A DNA stretch of 32,000 nt from Aeropyrum pernix K1. Lineage in GTDB: Archaea; Thermoproteota; Thermoprotei_A; Sulfolobales; Acidilobaceae. Positions within the stretch are counted from its first letter, which is position 1, and each line of letters starts with the position of its first letter. The stretch is from the NCBI RefSeq assembly GCF_000011125.1, contig NC_000854.2:120001-152000 (forward strand). Reading direction: 5' to 3'. The translations under genes were made by a program, and so were the position numbers. Positions 17,967 through 25,447 of the stretch are shown here, piece by piece. The notes under the pieces were generated by a model that was not told the DNA's origin, did no database searches, and worked only from the letters and a program-made list of their open reading frames with translations.

Positions 17967-20066
17967 GTGAACGTGGCCGAGGAGATGCTTAGTGGAGAGG
18001 AAACCCTGGCTGTGGGCGAGAGGTTCAAGACATTCTTAGAGAACTTCAGAACAGAGGAGGGGAAGCTAAAGTACGTAGAAGCGATCCGCAGGATGATAAA
18101 CTATGAAGAGACTAGCCTCGAAGTCGAGTTTAAGGACCTCTACCGCTACGACCCCCTCCTCAGCGAAATCCTTCTAGAGAAGCCGAGGGAGTTTCTGAAG
18201 GAGGCGTCCGAAGCCCTTAAAGAGATTGTCGCGCAGGAGAGCCCCGAGTATGCGCAGGGGAGGGTGTTTACCCCCCGGTTTACAGGGCTCTTCGACACGG
18301 AGAGGATTAGAGATATAGGTAGCGATCACGTGGGGAAGCTAGTACAGATAAACGGTATCGTGACCAGGATGCACCCCCGCGCCACTAGGATGGTGCGAGC
18401 TAGGTTCAGGCACGACAGGTGTGGAGCCGAGTTCTGGTGGCCCGCCAACGAGGACGAGGTTCTGGGGGAAAGGATTGAGAGGCCTAGCATATGCCCCGTG
18501 TGTGGGGAGGGCGGGGGGAAGTTTACCCTAGTCAGGGACAAGAGCCTGTACATAGACTGGCAGAAGATTATGGTTCAGGAGAGGCCGGAGGACGTGCCCG
18601 GCGGCCAGATACCTAGAAGTATAGAAGTCCACCTGAGCAGAGACCTGGTTGAGAAGGTTAGACCGGGGGATAGGGTTAAGATAGTTGGTGTTGTAGGGCT
18701 CCAGTCGTTCTCCTCCTCAAGCACGCTATACAGCCTCTACATGGAGGCGAACAGCATACTCCTGGAGGAGAAGATCCTGGAGGAGGTGAGCATAACAAGA
18801 GAGGATGAGGAGAAGATACTCCAGCTCTCCCGCGACCCATGGATTAAGGAGAAGATAATAGCGAGCATAGCCCCCACGATATACGGCCACTGGGACCTCA
18901 AGGAGGCCATAGCACTCCTCCTCTTCGGCGGCGTGCCGAAGCAGAGGCCCGACGGCACCAGGACTAGGGGTGATATACACGTTCTCTTCGTGGGAGACCC
19001 CGGCGTGGCCAAGAGCCAGCTGCTCCAGAGCACAGCACAGGTGGCGCCTAGGGTAGTCTACACGACGGGGAAGGGTAGCACGGCAGCCGGCCTCACAGCA
19101 GCGGTGCTCAGGGACCCGAGGACGGGCGAGTACTTCCTGGAGGCGGGCGCCCTAGTACTTGCCGACGGGGGTATAGCCGTTATCGACGAGTTCGACAAGA
19201 TGTCTAAGGAGGACAGGGGCGTCATACACGAGGCTATGGAGCAGCAGACCGTGAGCATAGCGAAGGCTGGGATAAAGGCTACCCTCAGCGCGAGGGCCAG
19301 CCTACTTGCTGCGGGCAACCCCAAGTTCGGCTACTACGACCCGTCCCGCAGCTTCGTCGACAACGTAGACCTCCCGGCACCCATAATCTCGAGGTTCGAC
19401 CTGATATTCGTGGTCCGGGATGTGATAGAGAGGAGTAGGGACGAGATGCTAGCCAGCTACGTCCTGGAGACCCACACTAATGTCGAGCTGTTCAAGCCTG
19501 AGATAGATCCGGATCTGCTGAGGAAGTACATAGCCTTCGCGAGGAAACACGTCAAGCCAAGGCTAACGCCCCAGGCTAAGAAGCTGCTGAAAGACTTCTA
19601 CGTTGAGATGAGGAGCAGCGCCCTCCACCACTCGAGCCAAGAGGGCGCGAAGCCAGTGCCCATAACTACGAGGCAGCTTGAAGCCCTCATACGACTGACA
19701 GAGGCGCACGCCAGGATGTCCCTGAAGCAGGAGGCTACCGAGGAGGACGCCATAGCCGCCATACGCATAATGACCAGCGTGCTGCAGAGTATAGGCCTAG
19801 ACCTGGAGACCGGTGAGATCGACATTGGGATAATAATGACGGGGGCAAGCTTTAGGTCGAGAAAGATAATGTCCGAGGTTCTAGATCTTATAAAAAGCAT
19901 AGTGGAGGAGGAGAGGGGCGGTCAAGGCTGCGTCAGGGCTTCGGAGATTGTGAGGAGGCTGGGTGAGAAGAACATACCAGAGGAGAAGGTGAGGGACGCT
20001 ATAGACAAGCTGTACAGGCAGGGGCTGATAATAGAGATTAGGACCGAGTGCTACAAGGCGGTCTAG
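17967..20066 (+). CDS. mcm: Replicative helicase MCM
   Basis: Zn motif C..(20)..CPVCG, Walker A GDPGVAKSQ, Walker B IDEFDKM, an arginine-finger SRFDL region and a C-terminal winged helix. 699 aa. GTG start; the ATG at 17985 is an alternative. Confidence 0.95.
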   Translation: MNVAEEMLSGEETLAVGERFKTFLENFRTEEGKLKYVEAIRRMINYEETSLEVEFKDLYRYDPLLSEILLEKPREFLKEASEALKEIVAQESPEYAQGRVFTPRFTGLFDTERIRDIGSDHVGKLVQINGIVTRMHPRATRMVRARFRHDRCGAEFWWPANEDEVLGERIERPSICPVCGEGGGKFTLVRDKSLYIDWQKIMVQERPEDVPGGQIPRSIEVHLSRDLVEKVRPGDRVKIVGVVGLQSFSSSSTLYSLYMEANSILLEEKILEEVSITREDEEKILQLSRDPWIKEKIIASIAPTIYGHWDLKEAIALLLFGGVPKQRPDGTRTRGDIHVLFVGDPGVAKSQLLQSTAQVAPRVVYTTGKGSTAAGLTAAVLRDPRTGEYFLEAGALVLADGGIAVIDEFDKMSKEDRGVIHEAMEQQTVSIAKAGIKATLSARASLLAAGNPKFGYYDPSRSFVDNVDLPAPIISRFDLIFVVRDVIERSRDEMLASYVLETHTNVELFKPEIDPDLLRKYIAFARKHVKPRLTPQAKKLLKDFYVEMRSSALHHSSQEGAKPVPITTRQLEALIRLTEAHARMSLKQEATEEDAIAAIRIMTSVLQSIGLDLETGEIDIGIIMTGASFRSRKIMSEVLDLIKSIVEEERGGQGCVRASEIVRRLGEKNIPEEKVRDAIDKLYRQGLIIEIRTECYKAV

Positions 20067-20109
20067 AGGCCGGGGCCGGAGCCTACATAAATCCAACGGG
20101 GTTGACGCC

Positions 20110-22317
20110 TTGTCCAAAGGCCTATACGACATACCATCATGGGCCACGACTGAAACCCGCACTCTCGCCAAGCTCGCCGGGGTCGAGAGGCTCTTCGAAC
20201 CACAGTATATGGCCTTGCAGGCGGGGGTTGAGAAGGGCGAGAACCTGGTCGTGGCAGCACCTACCGGCTCGGGGAAGACATTCATAGCTCTAGTAGCAAT
20301 AGTCAACAGCCTAGCCCGCGCCGGAGGGAGGGCGTTCTACCTTGTCCCCCTCAAGAGTGTAGCCTATGAGAAGTACACCTCCTTCTCCATACTATCAAGG
20401 ATGGGCCTAAAGCTCAAGATCAGCGTTGGAGACTTCAGGGAAGGCCCCCCCGAGGCGCCCGTGGTTATAGCTACCTACGAGAAGTTCGACAGCCTCCTGA
20501 GAGTATCCCCCTCGCTGGCTCGGAATGTGTCGGTGCTTATAGTAGACGAGATACACAGCGTGTCAGACCCTAAAAGGGGCCCCATACTGGAGAGCATAGT
20601 ATCCAGGATGCTAGCCTCCGCGGGGGAGGCACAGCTCGTCGGGCTTAGTGCCACAGTGCCGAACGCCGGGGAGATTGCGGAGTGGATAGGAGGTAAGATT
20701 GTGGAGTCCAGCTGGAGGCCGGTGCCTCTTAGGGAGTATGTGTTCAAAGAGTACAAGCTATACTCCCCCACGGGCGGCTTGAGGGAGGTGCCGCGGGTCT
20801 ACGGCCTGTACGACCTAGACCTCGCGGCCGAGGCTATTGAAGACGGAGGGCAGGCCCTCGTCTTCACCTACTCCAGGCGAAGAGCGGTTACTCTGGCTAA
20901 GAGGGCTGCCAAGAGGCTGGGCAGGAGGCTGTCCAGCAGGGAGGCCCGCGTATACAGCGCAGAGGCTTCCCGGGCTGAGGGCGCCCCCAGGTCAGTTGCC
21001 GAGGAGCTCGCCTCCCTCATAGCTGCTGGTATAGCCTACCACCATGCTGGTCTACCGCCGAGCCTAAGGAAGACGGTGGAAGAAGCGTTTAGAGCGGGTG
21101 CTGTGAAGGTGGTGTATAGCACGCCAACCCTCGCGGCGGGGGTCAACCTGCCGGCCAGGCGGGTTGTCATAGATAGCTACTACAGGTATGAGGCCGGGTT
21201 CAGAGAGCCCATAAGGGTTGCAGAGTACAAGCAGATGGCCGGCAGGGCCGGTAGACCCGGGCTCGACGAGTTTGGAGAGGCTATCATAGTTGCGGAGAGG
21301 CTTGACAGGCCTGAGGACCTCATATCGGGCTACATACGGGCTCCTCCGGAGAGGGTGGAGAGCAGGCTCGCCGGGCTCAGGGGGCTCAGGCACTTTATAC
21401 TCGGCATAGTAGCGCCCGAGGGTGAGGTGAGTATAGGGAGTATAGAGAAGGTGTCTGGCCTCACCCTCTACAGCCTCCAGAGGGGTCTGCCCAGGGAGAC
21501 TATAGCCAGGGCTGTTGAGGACCTCTCGGCTTGGGGGCTGGTGGAGGTAAAGGGTTGGAGGATAGCGGCCACGAGCCTCGGGAGGGAGGTCGCCGCGGTC
21601 TACCTCGACCCGGAGAGCGTGCCGGTGTTCAGGGAAGAGGTTAAACACCTGAGTTTCGACAACGAGTTCGACATACTCTACCTCATATCAACCATGCCCG
21701 ACATGGTGAGGCTACCCGCCACCAGGAGGGAGGAGGAAAGGCTTCTAGAGGCTATACTAGACGCTTCTCCCAGGATGCTCTCCTCGGTAGACTGGCTGGG
21801 CCCGGAGGAGATGGCGGCCGTGAAGACGGCTGTGGTTCTCAAGCTCTGGATAGACGAGGCTTCGGAGGACACGATCTACGGTGAGTGGGGCGTCCACACG
21901 GGCGATCTCCTAAACATGGTTAGCACGGCAGAGTGGATAGCCTCAGGCCTCTCTCGCATAGCACCTTATCTAGGCCTCAACAGCAAAGTGTCTCACATAC
22001 TCTCGGTCATTGCACGCAGGATCAAGCACGGCGTTAAGCCGGAGCTGCTGCAGCTAGTGGAAATTCCGGGTGTGGGGAGGGTAAGGGCGAGGATACTCTT
22101 CGAGGCTGGATACAGGAGTATAGAGGACCTCGCTACAGCGAGGGCCGAGGATCTCATGCGCCTACCATTGATAGGGCCCTCGACGGCTCGACAGATACTA
22201 GAGTTCCTGGGAAGGGTTGATGAGGCCAGGGAGGCTGAGGCCCGTGAAATGCTCGCTAGAAAAGGGCTTCTATCCTACCTCGAGGGAGACGCCGTGGCTG
22301 GGGAGGAGGGAGAGTAG
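20110..22317 (+). CDS. hel308: Ski2-like DNA helicase Hel308/Hjm
   Basis: Motif I AAPTGSGKT, motif II DEIH, motif III SAT and motif VI QMAGRAGRPG. The C-terminal HhH-like tail reads IPGVGRVRARILFEAGY. 735 aa, TTG start. Confidence 0.9.
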   Translation: MSKGLYDIPSWATTETRTLAKLAGVERLFEPQYMALQAGVEKGENLVVAAPTGSGKTFIALVAIVNSLARAGGRAFYLVPLKSVAYEKYTSFSILSRMGLKLKISVGDFREGPPEAPVVIATYEKFDSLLRVSPSLARNVSVLIVDEIHSVSDPKRGPILESIVSRMLASAGEAQLVGLSATVPNAGEIAEWIGGKIVESSWRPVPLREYVFKEYKLYSPTGGLREVPRVYGLYDLDLAAEAIEDGGQALVFTYSRRRAVTLAKRAAKRLGRRLSSREARVYSAEASRAEGAPRSVAEELASLIAAGIAYHHAGLPPSLRKTVEEAFRAGAVKVVYSTPTLAAGVNLPARRVVIDSYYRYEAGFREPIRVAEYKQMAGRAGRPGLDEFGEAIIVAERLDRPEDLISGYIRAPPERVESRLAGLRGLRHFILGIVAPEGEVSIGSIEKVSGLTLYSLQRGLPRETIARAVEDLSAWGLVEVKGWRIAATSLGREVAAVYLDPESVPVFREEVKHLSFDNEFDILYLISTMPDMVRLPATRREEERLLEAILDASPRMLSSVDWLGPEEMAAVKTAVVLKLWIDEASEDTIYGEWGVHTGDLLNMVSTAEWIASGLSRIAPYLGLNSKVSHILSVIARRIKHGVKPELLQLVEIPGVGRVRARILFEAGYRSIEDLATARAEDLMRLPLIGPSTARQILEFLGRVDEAREAEAREMLARKGLLSYLEGDAVAGEEGE

Positions 22318-23385
22318 CTTCTCAGCAAGGCCGAGCTCGTAGAGGTCCTCGGGATATATGATGCCCGGTTCCTCCTCGGACAAACCCTCGGCGGCGAAGA
22401 CCTCGGCGAAAGCCGAAGACGCTCCTCCAACCATCTTGGAAGAAGCGCTCCACCCACCCCCATGCCTCAATGAGGCCCTAGCCAATGTCTCCCACCTGCC
22501 ACCCCTCCTAGCCTCGACGGTGAAGACAGCCACGTCACCCACGTCCGGAGGGTACCTCGTTTCAACCAGTTTAACGGCCATGTCGAAAGGCCTCACTATA
22601 CATCCCGACACCTTCAGCGGAGTACTGTCGAGCAAGCCGAGACCCCTCATTGTAAGCACAACTTTCAAATGACCTCTCCTCCTCAGGCTACACTCCATAA
22701 GCTCCTTGAATAGACTCCCTCTCCTTGATATGAAGCCGGCGAGGCCCTGGCTTGGGAAGCACTCGAGCACGCCGTGCTCAGGGTCGGAATACTCCATCCA
22801 GAGGCTGGGGTCGAGAGGGTCGGCAACAGCCTCGGAACCATCCTGTATCAGCTTTGCAGGCGTAACGTATTGCTCCAGCATCTCCTCAACCCTCCAGGTT
22901 GAGGCGTGGCTTAGAAGCCCGTCCTCTCTTGCGCCGAAGCTGCCGACATAAACTCTTGCCGACACGCCTCCTCCAGTCTCGGCAGCCATGCTGTAGAGTA
23001 TGACGTTAGAGAGCCCCGGGGAGACGCCAACCTCCGTGAGTATTGGCGCCCTTACGACGCCAGGATCTATCCTTAGAGGCTTGATAGATGCTACAACAAC
23101 AGGTATACCGGCAGAGGATAGGTGAGCTACCGCTCTGGAGGCAACAGGGTAAGGGAGAGCAATGAAGGCCGCTACAACCCTCTGCCCCCTCAGATACTCC
23201 CCTGCCTTCCTGCCCTCAACATCATACAGCCTGGCTTCTAACCCTAGGGACCTGGCCCTGGAGACAGCATCATTACTGGCGTCTAGACCCAGCACATCAA
23301 AGCCTCTGGAGGCAAGGTTATACGCCGCCCTTAAACCGACTCTCCCCAAGCCGAGAACAGCTATCTTAACCAACTTCAGGAGCAA
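22270..23385 (-). CDS. Saccharopine dehydrogenase-family NAD(P) oxidoreductase
   Basis: N-terminal Rossmann segment IAVLGLGRVG, VGVSPGLSNV (family motif G.dPGl.n) and a SHASTWRVEEMLEQY..PA segment typical of the C-domain. TTG start. Confidence 0.6.
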   Translation of the reverse strand: MLLKLVKIAVLGLGRVGLRAAYNLASRGFDVLGLDASNDAVSRARSLGLEARLYDVEGRKAGEYLRGQRVVAAFIALPYPVASRAVAHLSSAGIPVVVASIKPLRIDPGVVRAPILTEVGVSPGLSNVILYSMAAETGGGVSARVYVGSFGAREDGLLSHASTWRVEEMLEQYVTPAKLIQDGSEAVADPLDPSLWMEYSDPEHGVLECFPSQGLAGFISRRGSLFKELMECSLRRRGHLKVVLTMRGLGLLDSTPLKVSGCIVRPFDMAVKLVETRYPPDVGDVAVFTVEARRGGRWETLARASLRHGGGWSASSKMVGGASSAFAEVFAAEGLSEEEPGIIYPEDLYELGLAEKLLSLLPSHGVSLEVG

Positions 23386-23553
23386 CCCCCGGTACAGCAG
23401 GGGGCGGAGGAGGGATAGAGTGTTCCGGCTCTCCCCATCTTACAGTGTCGGGAGACTCTCTTCCTCCACACACCCCTCCTCCAGGCCCCCCAGCCGATAT
23501 ATGCATGTATGGTGGCGAGAGCCTTAAACAAGCCCTCGAAGCCTTGGGAGAAT

Positions 23554-23607
23554 CCTCAGGCCTGGCCACTGTCTTCACGTGTCCGTAAGGCTAGAACTCA
23601 TCATCGG
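23554..23607 (-). ncRNA. C/D box sRNA (2'-O-methylation guide)
   Basis: The minus strand reads ccg-AUGAUGA(C)-guucuagccuua(12)-CGGA(D')-cac-GUGAAGA(C')-caguggccaggc(12)-CUGA(D)-gga. Box order, the 12-nt guides and the 3-nt D'-C' spacer are the canonical archaeal architecture. It lies 27 nt downstream of the stop of the 23635..23907 gene. Confidence 0.8.
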
Positions 23608-23634
23608 CCCCGCCAGCCTAGGGTGTATAGGCCA

Positions 23635-23907
23635 CTACTTCTCCACAGCCATCTCCTCCTTAACACCCTTCATCCTGGACATGGTCTTCCACTGGCTAGG
23701 CTCGATGCTGAGTATCCAAGCGGGTATGTTCTTAACAAACTCGTACGCCTCTTCCCATGAGTCGAGCCCCAGCGCAGCCGCTAGCTGGTCAAGCGACATC
23801 TCAGTGGTTCTATACCTCCTTAGAATCTCCAGTATCTTCTCGTCAATAACGATCTCCTTCTCCCCAACGGTAACCTTGAAGACGCCCGCCTCGGACACTG
23901 TTCGCAT
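23635..23907 (-). CDS. Small hypothetical protein (90 aa)
   Basis: ATG-initiated ORF with a TATA-like TTTAATA about 33-39 nt upstream. The segment MSLDQLAAALGLDSWEEAYEF is HTH/UPF0175-like, but I cannot assign it firmly. Confidence 0.5.
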   Translation of the reverse strand: MRTVSEAGVFKVTVGEKEIVIDEKILEILRRYRTTEMSLDQLAAALGLDSWEEAYEFVKNIPAWILSIEPSQWKTMSRMKGVKEEMAVEK

Positions 23908-23951
23908 GCACCCATGGAAACCTGAAGAGAGTGTAGAGGGTATTAAACATC

Positions 23952-24196
23952 AAACCTGCCGGTAGCTCGGTTTAAACACGGCCGGCCATAGGGTGCTCCC
24001 TAGCCGCTCACGGCCGTCTCCTCATAGCCCACAGCCACGGGGGGCTCCCACCCGCTGAAAGCTCCTCACACCGGGAGGAGCTAGGTCCTCCCGGTTGGGC
24101 CACTGGCGGTTCGTTCATCTCCCCCCAGACTTTCACGTATTACCTGGCAAGTCTTCTTCACCTTTACCCTGGGCCGTCACGGCAGCCACACAGGTT
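23952..24196 (-). ncRNA. Structured GC-rich ncRNA candidate; best guess a compact RNase P RNA
   Basis: A stretch of about 270 nt has no ORF of 60 aa or more on either strand, yet it is GC-rich, unlike promoter spacers. TTTATA (24226..24221) lies about 26 nt upstream of the proposed 5' end. The ends pair: CUGCCG 24185-24180 with CGGCAG 23961-23956, and GGCC.AGGGU 24175-24166 with ACCCU..GGCC 23994-23984. GUGAAAGUCUGGG (24136-24124) resembles the universal CR-I GGAAAGUCCGGG. It can form a P4-like helix with a bulged U with AAACCGAGCUA (23973-23963). There is a 9-bp hairpin at 24094-24071. AACCGCCAGUGGCCC resembles E. coli AACCGCCGAUGGCCC. Identity is unproven. Confidence 0.4.
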
Positions 24197-24218
24197 ATAT
24201 CCCCCTGTTTTAGACGAT

Positions 24219-24228
24219 CGTATAAAGG
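24219..24228. promoter_or_regulatory. Palindromic TATA element (TATAAA/TTTATA), possibly bidirectional
   Basis: cgTATAAAgg at 24221-24226. It is about 26 nt from the 5' end of the minus-strand RNA candidate and 14-50 nt upstream of the candidate starts (24240 TTG, 24276 GTG) of the plus-strand HTH gene. Confidence 0.35.
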
Positions 24229-24239
24229 GTGTTGCACTA

Positions 24240-25007
24240 TTGTCTCACCACCGAGGAGTCTTTAGTGAGAGCCCCGTGGATAGCGACTATGCCTCACGTC
24301 TCGTTGCCATTAGAATAGCAGGAGATATTATCTACAGCAGGGATTTCGGCGAGGCTCTGAGGAAGTGGAGGGAGTATTTCGAGGTCAGCCAGAGTGAGAT
24401 AGCCAGGGAAATGGGGGTTACAGCCAGCGTTATAAGCGATTACGAGAAGAGCCGTAGGACTCCTGGCGCGGTTTTCATCAAGAGGTTCGTAGACTCCCTG
24501 ATATCTATCGACGCGAAAAGGGGGTGGAAGAAGACTAAAGACCTGGCTATGCTTGCGGGGACCGTTCCCGGGGCTATAGTGGATATGAGGGAGTTCGAGA
24601 AGCCCCTTACAGTTGGAGAGCTGAGTAGCGTCGTAGAGGGTGTTATACTGGGCTTTAAAGATGCGGCGAGGAGCGTATACGGCTATACACTGGTTGATAG
24701 TGTCAAGGCTATACTGAGCCTCTCGGGCCTCCAGTTCACCGTGTTGTTCGGCCTGAACCCCCAGAGAGCAATAGTGTTCACAAAGTCGACAACAGGGAGA
24801 AGCCCCATGGTGGCTGTGAGGACTAGCCCTCTAAAGCCCGCCGTTGTCATCGTGCACGGCCCGGGAAGGAACGTTGACAGGCTCGCTATTGAGATAGCCA
24901 AGGCGGATAGGGTGCCCCTGGTGGTGTCTCAGCTTGACAGCGAGGAGGAGCTGGCTTCAAGGCTAAGAAGCCTTACAATGCAGCGGAGGTTCACTCCTCA
25001 CCCTTAA
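24240..25007 (+). CDS. XRE-type HTH transcriptional regulator with uncharacterised C-terminal domain
   Basis: FGEALRKWREYFEVSQSEIAREMGVTASVISDYEKSRRTPG is a clear XRE/Cro HTH. A C-terminal domain of about 170 aa has no motif I recognise. The TTG start is only 14 nt from the TATA, so the GTG at 24276 may be the real start. Confidence 0.6.
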   Translation: MSHHRGVFSESPVDSDYASRLVAIRIAGDIIYSRDFGEALRKWREYFEVSQSEIAREMGVTASVISDYEKSRRTPGAVFIKRFVDSLISIDAKRGWKKTKDLAMLAGTVPGAIVDMREFEKPLTVGELSSVVEGVILGFKDAARSVYGYTLVDSVKAILSLSGLQFTVLFGLNPQRAIVFTKSTTGRSPMVAVRTSPLKPAVVIVHGPGRNVDRLAIEIAKADRVPLVVSQLDSEEELASRLRSLTMQRRFTPHP

Positions 25008-25404
25008 GCCTTAGTATAGCCTCAGCTATGTCGCCGCCGGACTCCTCCAGGGCTTTCCTCGCCTCCTCCATGCTGACACCAGCCTGCTCCGCGACAAGGG
25101 CCACATCCTCCTCCGTAATCTCCGCAGCAGTCTCCTCCCTAGGCTTCTCAACCGTGTAATCACCCACCAGGTAGACCATGGGAGGCTGGCCCTTGGCCCT
25201 CATTACGATAACAGTTGGCGATCTGAACACCATGGTCTCACCGCTGCCCAAGACTATCCTGGCCTCGTCGGCTGACAGCTGCTCGACCTTGATGCCGAGC
25301 CTCCTCATCATCTTCTCTAAATCCCTTGGGTTAACCGGCAGCACCGAACCTACCACCAACCCTATAGCCTTGGATATGGGGGGTTTATACACCTTTGGCT
25401 CCAT
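24991..25404 (-). CDS. nac: Nascent polypeptide-associated complex protein (archaeal NAC)
   Basis: NAC domain (NPRDLEKMMRRLGIKVEQL...VMRAKGQPPMVYLVGDY) plus a C-terminal UBA domain (EEDVALVAEQAGVSMEEARKALEESGGDIAEAILRL). Confidence 0.85.
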   Translation of the reverse strand: MEPKVYKPPISKAIGLVVGSVLPVNPRDLEKMMRRLGIKVEQLSADEARIVLGSGETMVFRSPTVIVMRAKGQPPMVYLVGDYTVEKPREETAAEITEEDVALVAEQAGVSMEEARKALEESGGDIAEAILRLKGEE

Positions 25405-25447
25405 CGGCTGTTGAAGCTTCTTAAGCTGTAGCCTTTAGGATTGTGCT

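Noticed and set aside
22217-22262. C/D-like string at the hel308 3' end: UUGAUGA - 11 nt - CUGA - 5 nt - GUGAAAU.
   Set aside because: No terminal D box (CUGA) follows at the required 12-nt distance, the C box starts with U rather than a purine, and the stretch lies inside coding sequence.
23366-23965. Track ORFs 23366..23578 (-), 23509..23760 (+) and 23579..23965 (+).
   Set aside because: They overlap the C/D box sRNA, the nested hairpin and the better-supported 23635..23907 gene. Their composition is low-complexity Pro/Ser/Arg, typical of out-of-frame or antisense reading in GC-rich DNA.
23952-24196. SRP (7S) RNA as the identity of the structured RNA candidate.
   Set aside because: There is no helix-8 signature (GGAA/GNAR tetraloop with flanking AGCA and CAGG-type loops) on either strand, and no Alu-domain 5' hairpin pair. 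The length is also too short for an archaeal SRP RNA.
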